Source of the DNA: a virus
Taxonomy: Duplodnaviria; Caudoviricetes
Reading direction: 5' to 3' (one strand)
Virus record (IMG/VR): IMGVR_UViG_3300043580_000071
Span: 1 to 40,137 of that record
Length of the DNA stretch: 40,137 bases
The notes below the pieces were generated by a model. It was not told where the DNA came from. It saw only the letters and a program-made list of their open reading frames with translations, and searched no databases. The position numbers and the translations under genes were made by a program. This document shows positions 16,679 to 25,862 of this stretch, piece after piece; position 1 is the stretch's first letter, and every line of letters starts with the position of its first letter.

Positions 16679-18264
16679 AGATGTTCCCCGCCGGAGCCTT
16701 GCCGCTCAAAAATCGCCGGGGTACGCCGACGCGGCTTCTCAACAAGGGTCGCCCGGCGGCGAAGGTCGCGCACTTCAGCGCGCCGCTGAAAGGGCTCTCC
16801 AAGTTTGCTGAACTCAGCGAGACCGACCCGATGCTGGCGTCGATCCTGACCAACTGGCTCCCGCTCGACGACCGCATTGCCGTGAGGCCCGGCTACATCA
16901 AGCTGGGGCAAATTGCTGCAAATACCCCGGTCTCGACGCTCGTGCCCTACTACGGCAGCGCCACGCATAAATTGGCGGCGGCCTCTGGCGGCAAGTTCTA
17001 CGACACCGCAGGCGTCGTGATCGGGCCCGGGCCCTATGGCGGCGATGACTGGGCGTGGATTTCGTATAGCGACTTAGGTGCCACCGATTACACCTTGATG
17101 GTCAACGGCCACGACGGCGTGGTCTCGTGGGACGGGACGACGTTCACCGCTGAAGTCATTACCGTCCCCACCGCCGAGACGTGGATCAACCCGCTGCGGT
17201 TCGATAAAGTTCTTTCGCACATGAACCGGCTGTGGTTCGCCGACAGCGACAACCTCGCGGTCTACTATCTCCCCATCGGCCAAAAAGCCGGGGCCGTCGA
17301 GCTGTTTCCGCTCGATGTGCTGTTCAAGCGCGGCGGTCACATCGAGGCCCTGCATACATGGTCGATGGACGGCGGCACCGGCCTCGACGACGCGCTGGTG
17401 ATCTTCTCCAGCAACGGCGAGGCGGTGATCTACAGCGGCGTTGACCCCGAAAGCGATTTCAAGCTGGTCGGCATCTTCCGCTTTGACGCGCCGATGTCGC
17501 ACAACAGCGTGCTGAACTTCGGCGGCGATCTCTATGTCATGATCGCGACGGGCCTCGTGCCGATGACGACACTCATTCGTGCCGAGGTGGAGAACCTCGG
17601 CAAGTCCGACATGAGTGTCATGGACGAGTTCCAGACCATCGCGAAGACCAACCGCGACAGCTTCGGGTGGCAGGTCATCCTCAACAGCCAGACCGGGCAC
17701 GCGATCTGCAACATGCCGCTCAACAACGGCAAGTACCAGCAGATGGTACGGAAGATGCCGGGGCAAATCTGGGCGAAATGGTCTGACATTCCCGCGCGGT
17801 GCTGGGGCTGGCTCAACAACCATACTTATTTTGGCGATGATTTCGGCGGCATCTTTTTGGGTGGGACCGAGTATCTCAGCGACAACGGCAAGGCCATCGA
17901 GGCCGACGTGCGCTTCGCGTGGAGCGGCTACAAGAGCGTCGCCAAGAAACAGTTCAAGATGGTGCGGCTCTACACCCTGACCGACGGTCTGGTGCGGCCC
18001 TTCATCGACATGGAGGTGGACTACGACACCACCCGCCCGACCAACCAGCCCGAAGTGTCCACAGCACCTGCGGGCGATGCCGTCTGGGACGTCGCGATCT
18101 GGGACGTGGACTATTGGGCCCTCAACGCGGTGCCACGGCAAAACTGGCAGGGTGTCACGGGCCTCGGACGCGTGGGGGCTCCGCGCATCCGCGCCAGCAT
18201 CCTCGGCTGCACCTACGCGATAACGGGCATCGACGTGATCTACGAACCGGGAGGGCTGATGTGA
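16675..18264 (+). CDS. Tail nozzle / tubular protein B (packaged-DNA stabilisation protein)
   Basis: Beta-propeller-like NWLP..IAVRPGY, VNGHDG, RLWFA, KQFKMVR, AVWDVAIWD. Confidence 0.8.
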   Translation: MKMFPAGALPLKNRRGTPTRLLNKGRPAAKVAHFSAPLKGLSKFAELSETDPMLASILTNWLPLDDRIAVRPGYIKLGQIAANTPVSTLVPYYGSATHKLAAASGGKFYDTAGVVIGPGPYGGDDWAWISYSDLGATDYTLMVNGHDGVVSWDGTTFTAEVITVPTAETWINPLRFDKVLSHMNRLWFADSDNLAVYYLPIGQKAGAVELFPLDVLFKRGGHIEALHTWSMDGGTGLDDALVIFSSNGEAVIYSGVDPESDFKLVGIFRFDAPMSHNSVLNFGGDLYVMIATGLVPMTTLIRAEVENLGKSDMSVMDEFQTIAKTNRDSFGWQVILNSQTGHAICNMPLNNGKYQQMVRKMPGQIWAKWSDIPARCWGWLNNHTYFGDDFGGIFLGGTEYLSDNGKAIEADVRFAWSGYKSVAKKQFKMVRLYTLTDGLVRPFIDMEVDYDTTRPTNQPEVSTAPAGDAVWDVAIWDVDYWALNAVPRQNWQGVTGLGRVGAPRIRASILGCTYAITGIDVIYEPGGLM

Positions 18265-18752
18265 AAATTCATTTCGGCGATCTCCCCGAGGACGCGCAGG
18301 CGATGCTGACGAACCACCTTCGCGTGGACTTCCGGCATTGCGACTTCAGGGCCCCGCGCTGGTTCTCGGCGTGGGCCCGTAATATCCACGGCAATATAGC
18401 GGGCATCTTCGCCATCGAATTTCCGTTCTGGTTCGAGGGCCGCGTGACCATCATGGTGCTCGACCCCCGCTGCATGTCGCGAAGAGTGCTGCGCGCGATC
18501 TTCACGGCGGCTTTTACGCAGGCAAGGCGGCTTACCGCCGAAGTCGAGCCGGATAACCGCCGGGCCCTGCGGCAAGTGCAGCGGCTGGGATTTATTTACG
18601 AGGGCTATCGCCGTCTCGGGCTCGAAGGCTCGCGCGACACGCTTGTCTACGGCATGCTGAAGGACGACTGCAAATATCTCCCGGGCTATAAGGGCCCGAC
18701 CGTGATCGCCAACCCGACGTTGTCTGCCGACGTCTACGAGCGAGTACACTGA
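18261..18752 (+). CDS. GNAT-family acetyltransferase-like tail-module protein
   Basis: GTG start overlapping the previous stop; RRLTAEVEPDNRRALRQVQRLGFIYEGYRR..VYGMLKDDC. Confidence 0.8.
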   Translation: MKIHFGDLPEDAQAMLTNHLRVDFRHCDFRAPRWFSAWARNIHGNIAGIFAIEFPFWFEGRVTIMVLDPRCMSRRVLRAIFTAAFTQARRLTAEVEPDNRRALRQVQRLGFIYEGYRRLGLEGSRDTLVYGMLKDDCKYLPGYKGPTVIANPTLSADVYERVH

Positions 18753-19681
18753 TGGTCAGCCAACCCGATCCTCCCAACCCGTATGCGACTGCTGCTGCGC
18801 AGAGTTCCGCGAGCCAAGCCGCGAGCCAGTTCAATACCGTCGGCAGCAACGCCAATGAAATAAATCCATACGGCACGGTGAGCTATCAGGCCATCGAGCA
18901 GGTCCCCGTCTACACCAACGGCCAAATCTCGGGTTACGCGCCGCGCTATCAGCGAACCACCACGCTTTCTCCCGACCAGCAGAAGCTCATGGGGCTCGAA
19001 ACCCAGAGCAAGTACAATCTGGGAACGACGGCGGTCGAGCAGTCCGCGAAACTCCGCGACCACCTCGGCCAGAACATTGATACTTCGTCGTGGACGCCGT
19101 GGCAGACGGGGCTCCAGACGCAAAATACGCGGCAGGATCAGGGCCCGACGGATCGGGCTTCCATCGAAAAAGCGATGATGGATAGCTACAACCGAAGCGT
19201 CGCGCCGTCGGAGAAGGCCCAAGAGGCGCAGATGGCGGCGCGCGGCCTCTCGCCCGGCGGCAAGGGCTACGGCAACTACATGATGCAGCGTGACGACAAC
19301 CGTGCCGAAGCGGCCCGCCAAGCCTATCTCGGCTCCGGCAACGAGAGCCGCGCCGCCGAGGGGGCCTACAACGCCGCCGCGACGCAACGCTACAACATGG
19401 ATCAGTCGCTCGCGAACTACTACAACGCGCTGCGCGGCAGCCAGATGCAGGAGAGCTTCGCGACCCGCAACCAACCGATCAACGAGATCACGGCTTTGAT
19501 GAGCGGTTCGCAGGCGACCATTCCGCAGTTTCAGCCGTTCCAAGGCGCGCCGGTGCAGGCCCCGAACATCGCGCAGTACATCAACGACAACTACAAGGCC
19601 CAGAGCAACGCGGCGTCGCAGACCAATGCAGGGCTCTTCGGGCTCGCGGGTGCGGGCGTCAAGGGCTACTTCGGCGCATAG
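18752..19681 (+). CDS. Internal virion / DNA ejection protein
   Basis: Q/A/N-rich; NEINPYGTVSY, TLSPDQQ, RNQPINEITALMSGSQ, C-terminal GLFGLAG. Confidence 0.75.
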   Translation: MVSQPDPPNPYATAAAQSSASQAASQFNTVGSNANEINPYGTVSYQAIEQVPVYTNGQISGYAPRYQRTTTLSPDQQKLMGLETQSKYNLGTTAVEQSAKLRDHLGQNIDTSSWTPWQTGLQTQNTRQDQGPTDRASIEKAMMDSYNRSVAPSEKAQEAQMAARGLSPGGKGYGNYMMQRDDNRAEAARQAYLGSGNESRAAEGAYNAAATQRYNMDQSLANYYNALRGSQMQESFATRNQPINEITALMSGSQATIPQFQPFQGAPVQAPNIAQYINDNYKAQSNAASQTNAGLFGLAGAGVKGYFGA

Positions 19682-19692
19682 GAGATTGAGCC

Positions 19693-20100
19693 ATGAGTTC
19701 GAGCGGCGGCAGCTATCAGGGCCCGATAGCCTCTTCGGCGGGGCCCGCGATCCCGAACCTGCCCGTTGCAGGCGCGGACAGCACGATCGGCGATCCCTTC
19801 AAGTACGGGAGATTTCAGAATTTCCTGCCGGATATCCAAGCCGAGGGCCGCAACCCCAGCGCCACGGGTTTAAGGCCCGACATGTTCACTTATCGGGGCC
19901 CCGACGGGTCTTCGGGCCCGGGCCCCGGCATGGCGGCGGCTTCGAACGGCGGAGACGCCAATCTCAGCGGTCAAATCCAAGGGCTGCGCGATCAGTTGGC
20001 GCAGTTACAGGCGTCATCGCAGGCCAACAACGTGACATGGCCCGGCGGCGCGCAGCGGGTCGGCAACGACCCCATCGACACATGGACGAACAGGAGCTGA
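19693..20100 (+). CDS. Hypothetical Gly/Pro-rich protein (ejection module)
   Basis: AGGAG RBS; disordered apart from a GLRDQLAQLQ helix. Confidence 0.7.
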   Translation: MSSSGGSYQGPIASSAGPAIPNLPVAGADSTIGDPFKYGRFQNFLPDIQAEGRNPSATGLRPDMFTYRGPDGSSGPGPGMAAASNGGDANLSGQIQGLRDQLAQLQASSQANNVTWPGGAQRVGNDPIDTWTNRS

Positions 20101-20105
20101 TTTCG

Positions 20106-20936
20106 GTGGCCCAGCAATACGACCTGCCGCGCAAGAATAACCGGATCAACCTGCAAACCCCGGCGCAGCGGCCCTATGTGTCGAACGCCGTGCCGGTGCC
20201 GCCAGCGCAGCCGTCGGTGCCGCTGGCGACAAAGGGTGATCCGCGCGGCAAGATAGCGGTCATCCGCGCGGCGGCTGAAAAATACGGGGTCAACCCGGAC
20301 GTCGCGGTGAAGGTGGCGAAGTCCGAGGGCTTGGCGCAGTTCTACGGCGACAACGGCGCGTCGGGCGGCGCGTTTCAACTCTTCACAAAAGGGGGCCTCG
20401 GCAACGAGTTCCAGAAAGAGACGGGACTTAATCCGCTCGACCAGAAAAACGAGGACGCCACCATCGACTACGCGATGAGGCGCGCGTCGCAGGACGGCTG
20501 GGGCGCGTGGTACGGCGCGGCGAAAGTCGGCGTCGGAAAGTACGACGGGATCAGCGGGAAAGCCACGCCGCTCGATCCGACGCCCAATGTCGGCGGCGGC
20601 GAGGAAAGTTACAAAACGCCGTTGGTTGACCCCACCCCGAACGTTGGCAGTGGCGAGAGCGACTACAAGGCCGACACGCCTGACGACGACAAGAAAGACA
20701 AAAAGAAGAAAACCAATTGGGGCGAAGCCGCTGGCGAGGGTCTGGAGAACGTCGGCAAGGCCTACGCCGCCGGGGCCAAGAGCGTAAAAGATGCTTCGAA
20801 CTCAGGCCTCGTCCCCAACCCGGTCCTGCCGATACCTCAGGGCCCGGTGCCGATGTTCGACGCCAAGCGTGCCGAACTACAGCGGCAGCAACTGGCAATC
20901 GCGATGCAACGGCTCAATAGCGGAAGGTTAGGCTGA
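20106..20936 (+). CDS. Virion-associated lysozyme/transglycosylase-like protein
   Basis: IRAAAEKYGVNPDVAVKVAKSEG...SGGAFQL...GWGAWY; GTG start with AGGAG RBS (alternative ATG 20082). Confidence 0.7.
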   Translation: MAQQYDLPRKNNRINLQTPAQRPYVSNAVPVPPAQPSVPLATKGDPRGKIAVIRAAAEKYGVNPDVAVKVAKSEGLAQFYGDNGASGGAFQLFTKGGLGNEFQKETGLNPLDQKNEDATIDYAMRRASQDGWGAWYGAAKVGVGKYDGISGKATPLDPTPNVGGGEESYKTPLVDPTPNVGSGESDYKADTPDDDKKDKKKKTNWGEAAGEGLENVGKAYAAGAKSVKDASNSGLVPNPVLPIPQGPVPMFDAKRAELQRQQLAIAMQRLNSGRLG

Positions 20937-22096
20937 TGGCGATCTTCGCATCGACGACCACGTCGGGCTACAGCGACCCGCTGAAGGCGTACTCGATCAA
21001 GGCGCTCGAACAGCGCCAGCGCGATATGTTGCAGCAGCAGACCCAGCAACCGCAGGCGTTCACGCCCGAGAACACGCAGACGCCGCTTCAGGGCCTCGCG
21101 CAGGTCGCCAATGTCGGCGTCGATGCTTTCCGGCAGCGGCGCACCGACGATGCCGTTGCCGCGCAAAAAGACGAACTATCGAAGCTGATCGCGGGCACCC
21201 CTGCGGGGCAGGATTTGAGCCCGCAGGCGCAGGCGCGAATGGCTGTCATCGCGCCCGATATGTACAAGGAAGTGGTTTCGACCATCGCGGCGCGGCGTGC
21301 CCAGCAGGAGTTGTTCGCCCAGCAGGAGAAAACGCAGCAGGCCGGTTTCAAGCACGCCGACCAAGCCCAGATCGACGCGGAAAACCGTCTTCAGGCGCGG
21401 CCCACCGACGAGCCGCTCGTCACGCTGCGCCGGGCCTTCGACCGCAAGGAAATCAATCAGGAGGAATACGACGCCCGCAAGAAGAACCTGCTCGCGCCGA
21501 AAGTGAACGAACAGAAGTTCGTCAAAGACCTGCAAGAGCAGAGTGTCGCCGGGCAGTCGCTGCTGGCTTCGCTGGACGAAGCGAAAGCCCTAACCGAACA
21601 CCCCAAGGGTATCCACTCCGGGGGCGGCGCGGGCTTCATCCAAGGTGTCGGCGAGATGGTCCCGAAATCCTTGCAGGGCGTAGCCAGTGCCGCAGGGCTC
21701 GACCCGGAGACCGTGTCGAACACGCAGCGTTACAACCAGATCATGGGTGAGCAGGCGCTGGAGCTGCTGAACAAGATGAAAGGCGCGTCCTCGGATCGGG
21801 ACGTTCAGGTCAACTTCAAGATCGTGAACGACCCGGCGGCCACGCTGGAGAACAAGCGAAAAGCCCTTGGCCGGATGCGCGACCGGATCGCCACGCTTCT
21901 GGAGCTTCACAACAACACCATCAAGGAGGCGGGCGGCACGGTGCCGACGCTCTCGACGGCGGGCAGCGGCGGTGCGGCAACGCCTGCTGCAACGGGCGGG
22001 GGCGGAGACGCCAACGCTGAAGCCAAGGCATGGCTGGCCGCCAACCCCAACGATCCGCGCGCCGAGGCGGTGCGGAAGAAGCTGGGAGGCGGGTAA
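20936..22096 (+). CDS. Internal virion / ejection protein
   Basis: Helical, Q-rich; KGASSDRDV; C-terminal AKAWLAANPNDPRAEAVRKKLG. Confidence 0.7.
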   Translation: MAIFASTTTSGYSDPLKAYSIKALEQRQRDMLQQQTQQPQAFTPENTQTPLQGLAQVANVGVDAFRQRRTDDAVAAQKDELSKLIAGTPAGQDLSPQAQARMAVIAPDMYKEVVSTIAARRAQQELFAQQEKTQQAGFKHADQAQIDAENRLQARPTDEPLVTLRRAFDRKEINQEEYDARKKNLLAPKVNEQKFVKDLQEQSVAGQSLLASLDEAKALTEHPKGIHSGGGAGFIQGVGEMVPKSLQGVASAAGLDPETVSNTQRYNQIMGEQALELLNKMKGASSDRDVQVNFKIVNDPAATLENKRKALGRMRDRIATLLELHNNTIKEAGGTVPTLSTAGSGGAATPAATGGGGDANAEAKAWLAANPNDPRAEAVRKKLGGG

Positions 22097-23730
22097 TGGC
22101 TTTCGATCCCGACGCTTTTCTCAAGGGCTCTACCCCGGCGGCTACGGCGTTCGATCCGGATGCCTTCATCGAGGGCCCGAAGTCGATCGGTCGCGCGGCC
22201 CAAGACCTGACCCCGGAGCAGGAGTACCGTCAGAAGCTGGTGCAACGAAAGCTGGAGACCGAAGGCGAGCCCGGCTACGGCTACCGCTTCAAGGACAATT
22301 TCACGATGGGCCTCAATCGCCCGATCAGCGGCGTGGCGGCGCTGCCCGGCGCGGATGCGCCCGAGGGTATTTCCGCTGGCGAGAAGTGGCGCGCGGGCGT
22401 CGGGGCCGAGGAAGACTACGCAAGGCGCGCTGACGCGAACACCAATCCCTATGCGGGTGCCGCCGTGGATATCCTCGGGGGCCTCGCCACCGGAGGGCCC
22501 GGCGCGGCGCTCTCCCGGAACGTGGGTAAGGTTGCCGTCGAGGCCCCGTCCAAGCTCGCCAAAATCGGCAGGTGGATGATGGGCAACATGGGTTCCGCCG
22601 GTATCGAAGGCGCGGCCCGGAACGCCGAAAGCGTGCCGAATGCGCTGGTGGGTGGCGGCGTGGGGCTCGTTACCGGCGGCGTGACCGGCGGCGTGGTCGG
22701 GGCCGGGGCGAAATACCTGCCCGGCGTGCGCGGGGCCCAGAAGGAAGTCAACGAAGCCGTTCGTGAAGGAGGCTCCAAGGGCCTCAAGGAAGAAGGCGGG
22801 CAGCTTTACCAGAAGCTCGATCAGGCAGGCATCAAGTTTAGCGGCAACGAGACCCCAAAGCTGGTAACGGACACCGCGCAGACGATGGCGAACAAGGGCT
22901 TCAACAAGGAGGTCCACAAGGAGCTGATCCCGGCGCTTGAACAGATCGGGGCCCTGAAGGGTCAGCCCGCGACGTGGACCCAGCTCCAGAACATCCGCAC
23001 CCAGATCAGCGACGCAAAAGCCAGCGACGACAAGCGGGTGCGGAGGATGGCGGGGCACCTCGGCGACGTCTTGGATAACTTCGTGGAGACCGCCCGACCG
23101 ACGCTGCCGCCTCGCAGCATCGGCATCAACGTCGGCGCGGAGAGCAAGACGGCCAGAGACCTATGGCGACGGGGCTCGCAGGCCGAGACCGCCGAGTTTC
23201 TCGCTGAGAAGGGCATGCTCACAACCGCCGACACGACCAAAAAGCTGCGAACGAATTTCGGTGCGGAGCATGACAAGGCCCTTAACCCGAAACGCTTCAG
23301 CTCGTTCCAGAACGAGCCGACGAAGCTCGCGAAGATCGCGGAGATCGCCAAAGGCGACCCCCGACTGACGGGTGCCTCGGATTTCTTGAGTAAACAAGGC
23401 GGCAACCTTCTCAGCTTCGGCACCCTTGGTTTGGCAGGCGGCGGCGGGGCCCACTATTTCGGCAGCGACTACGGCAGTCCGATTGGCGTCGGCGGCGCGA
23501 CTTCACTGGGGCTCGGGCTTCTCGCCAAGGGTGGGGCCCGTCAACTGAACAAGACGATCGCCAATCGCGGTGCGGCGCGCGTCGATGATCTCGTTCGTAA
23601 TATCACCACCGGCGCTACCGACCGGAACGTCATCAACACGCCGCGCGAGGCTCTCGCGAAAATCCTCGCGGCGGAGCAGGTGAAACGCGCCGGGGCCCGC
23701 TACAGCAGCAACTTCTTCGACAAGGAATAA
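22096..23730 (+). CDS. Large internal virion / ejection protein
   Basis: TAATG coupling; N-terminal FDPDAF twice; Gly/Ala-rich hydrophobic segments. Confidence 0.7.
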   Translation: MAFDPDAFLKGSTPAATAFDPDAFIEGPKSIGRAAQDLTPEQEYRQKLVQRKLETEGEPGYGYRFKDNFTMGLNRPISGVAALPGADAPEGISAGEKWRAGVGAEEDYARRADANTNPYAGAAVDILGGLATGGPGAALSRNVGKVAVEAPSKLAKIGRWMMGNMGSAGIEGAARNAESVPNALVGGGVGLVTGGVTGGVVGAGAKYLPGVRGAQKEVNEAVREGGSKGLKEEGGQLYQKLDQAGIKFSGNETPKLVTDTAQTMANKGFNKEVHKELIPALEQIGALKGQPATWTQLQNIRTQISDAKASDDKRVRRMAGHLGDVLDNFVETARPTLPPRSIGINVGAESKTARDLWRRGSQAETAEFLAEKGMLTTADTTKKLRTNFGAEHDKALNPKRFSSFQNEPTKLAKIAEIAKGDPRLTGASDFLSKQGGNLLSFGTLGLAGGGGAHYFGSDYGSPIGVGGATSLGLGLLAKGGARQLNKTIANRGAARVDDLVRNITTGATDRNVINTPREALAKILAAEQVKRAGARYSSNFFDKE

Positions 23731-23735
23731 AGCAC

Positions 23736-23984
23736 ATGGCAAAAACCACCGCCGACGTTCCCCCGCAGGTCGCATCCGAATATTCCAAGGCCCGAAGGCC
23801 CGAGGCAATATCCGAAGCAGACGCGAACGGCTACACCAAGACCAAGAAAATGCAGAAGGGCGCGAAGAGCCCCAGCCAATTCGGCCTGCCGAAGTCGCCC
23901 GGCAAGGGCATGCAGATGGGCGGCCCGCCGCCGATCCGGCTGCACGTCACGATGGTCAAGGACACTGACAAAGACAGGATGTAA
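23736..23984 (+). CDS. Small basic hypothetical protein
   Basis: AAGGA RBS; fills the gap in the late operon. Confidence 0.6.
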   Translation: MAKTTADVPPQVASEYSKARRPEAISEADANGYTKTKKMQKGAKSPSQFGLPKSPGKGMQMGGPPPIRLHVTMVKDTDKDRM

Positions 23985-23988
23985 ACCG

Positions 23989-25248
23989 ATGCCGTTCAAC
24001 GGTTCAGGCGTTTTCCAGCGGGTCCGCAACTGGGTGGCCGACGCCACCGCTGGCGTCAAAATCCGCGCCGACTACCACGACAGCGAGGACGACGGCTTCG
24101 CGGCAGGGCTTTCCAACTGCATCACGAAAGACGGCCAGACCATCGTCACCCAGAACATCCCGATGAACAACAAGCGGATCACGGGCCTCGCCGACCCGAT
24201 CAATCCGCAGGACGCGCTAACCAAGGCTTACGCCGATAGCGGCATCACCGGCAAGGTCGCCAAGGCTGGCGACAGCATGAGTGGCGATCTGACGATCCAA
24301 AAAGACAACCCGACGCTACAGTTGGACAGCACGGCAGGGTCCTCCGGAGTATTTATCCGGGGGTCGTCCGCCACCAAGCAACGCTGGGCGATGCGCCTCG
24401 GCAACGGCGCGGTGGAAAGCGGGGCCAACGCCGGTTCGGATTTCGACCTGCTCAACATCGCCGACGACGGCACGACGCTAATCGGGACAGCGTTGAGCTT
24501 CAGCCGCGCGACAGGGCTCGGCACCGTCAAAGGCTTGGCCGTCACCGACGCTACCCCCTCCACCACGCCCGCCACCGGGGCCTTGACGGTCGCGGGCGGC
24601 ATGGGCGTTGCGGGCACGCTCTGGGGCCACACCCTCGACGCCACCACCGCCATAAACTCGCAAGGCACCATGTCGGTAGGCTCTAATTTTTCGGTTGGCG
24701 GTCAGGCGGACCTGCTGGGCGCGCTGAATGTCGGTTCCGGGCCCGGCGCTTTGAACGTGTTCGCCGCTGGCGGCGCGCGGCTACGCGGCGTCGTCGGCGC
24801 GGCCATTCCCGGCTCCAGTTGCGGGCTCGCCATCGCCTATGTCGGCGGCGGCACGCAGTACGGCATCTGCCTGAGGCCCCAGATCGACGGCACGCCCGCG
24901 TTGCTATTCACCAACTCGGGCGAGGTGGCGGTCGGCCAGATCGCCTGCACCGCAAGCGCCACCTCCTACCTCACCACGTCGGACGAACGCCTGAAGGAAG
25001 ACCTTAGGGCTATCGACGCGGGCAGCGTCATCGACAAGATCGACGTCTATGATTTCGCGTGGAAGAAAACCGGCGAGCGGGCTTGTGGCGTGATCGCGCA
25101 GCAGGCGCAGGCGGCTTTCCCGGGGGCCATAAAATACACCGAAGAGCTGGATTGGTGGGGCGTTGACTACTCGAAATATGTCCCGCTGCTGCTGCAAGAG
25201 GTCAAGGCCCTGAGGGCCCGGGTGACTGAACTGGAAGGGGCAACCTGA
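23989..25248 (+). CDS. Tail fibre 1 with C-terminal S74-type intramolecular chaperone
   Basis: N-terminal anchor MPFNGSGVF...GLSNCITKDGQ; ITGLADP..PQDALTKAYAD; TTSDERLKE..GVIAQ..VDYSKYVPLL. Confidence 0.88.
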   Translation: MPFNGSGVFQRVRNWVADATAGVKIRADYHDSEDDGFAAGLSNCITKDGQTIVTQNIPMNNKRITGLADPINPQDALTKAYADSGITGKVAKAGDSMSGDLTIQKDNPTLQLDSTAGSSGVFIRGSSATKQRWAMRLGNGAVESGANAGSDFDLLNIADDGTTLIGTALSFSRATGLGTVKGLAVTDATPSTTPATGALTVAGGMGVAGTLWGHTLDATTAINSQGTMSVGSNFSVGGQADLLGALNVGSGPGALNVFAAGGARLRGVVGAAIPGSSCGLAIAYVGGGTQYGICLRPQIDGTPALLFTNSGEVAVGQIACTASATSYLTTSDERLKEDLRAIDAGSVIDKIDVYDFAWKKTGERACGVIAQQAQAAFPGAIKYTEELDWWGVDYSKYVPLLLQEVKALRARVTELEGAT

Positions 25249-25856
25249 TGCATCAGGCCATCATCCACGTCGATCCGACCGGGCCCTCCACGGTCGGCTT
25301 CGCGCAGGCGGCGGGGATGCCGGGGGATATCAAGTTCGACTTCAAGACGCAGGGCAACCTCGCCTACCCCGAAATCGCCAGCCTGTACCCGCAGCTCATC
25401 CTGCGGCCCTTCACGAGGCCCGAGACCTACGCCTACGACATCGAGATCAACGACCCGGTAGGCGCTTCAGGGATTGCCGTGGTTCCCGGCGTCGTCATGA
25501 ACGACCGCTTCAACGTGGAGGTTTACGCCCGGAACTCGACCGGGCAACCGCAGCGGATGCTGGCTTATGGCCGGGTGGACCTCAACGGCTACGCCTATGT
25601 CAGGTCCGGGCCACTGGGCCCGGCTTCCTTCCCGACGGGCCCCAGCGGGCCAGCGGGCCCCGTGGGTGCGACGGGCGCGCAGGGCCTTCCCGGAGACCCC
25701 GGCATGCGCGGATCGCGCTGGTACACCGCCGTAGGGCCCCCCAACATCACCGTGCCCGACGACCGGGTGGAGGGCGACATGTACCTCGACGAGAGCAATG
25801 GCGACGTCTACCGCTGGACGGCGGCGGCGGGGTGGTCGGCGTTCAAGGGAGCGTGA
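25248..25856 (+). CDS. Tail fibre-associated protein with short collagen repeat
   Basis: GXY repeats GPSGPAGPVGATGAQGLPGDPG; GSRWY..G.P...GDMYLD..NGDVY. Confidence 0.75.
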   Translation: MHQAIIHVDPTGPSTVGFAQAAGMPGDIKFDFKTQGNLAYPEIASLYPQLILRPFTRPETYAYDIEINDPVGASGIAVVPGVVMNDRFNVEVYARNSTGQPQRMLAYGRVDLNGYAYVRSGPLGPASFPTGPSGPAGPVGATGAQGLPGDPGMRGSRWYTAVGPPNITVPDDRVEGDMYLDESNGDVYRWTAAAGWSAFKGA

Positions 25857-25862
25857 TCTTCC

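Noticed and set aside
19626-20105. N-terminal extension of the lysozyme-like ORF
   Set aside because: Overlaps the 19693-20100 gene, which has its own RBS; the translated extension is Arg-rich off-frame sequence.
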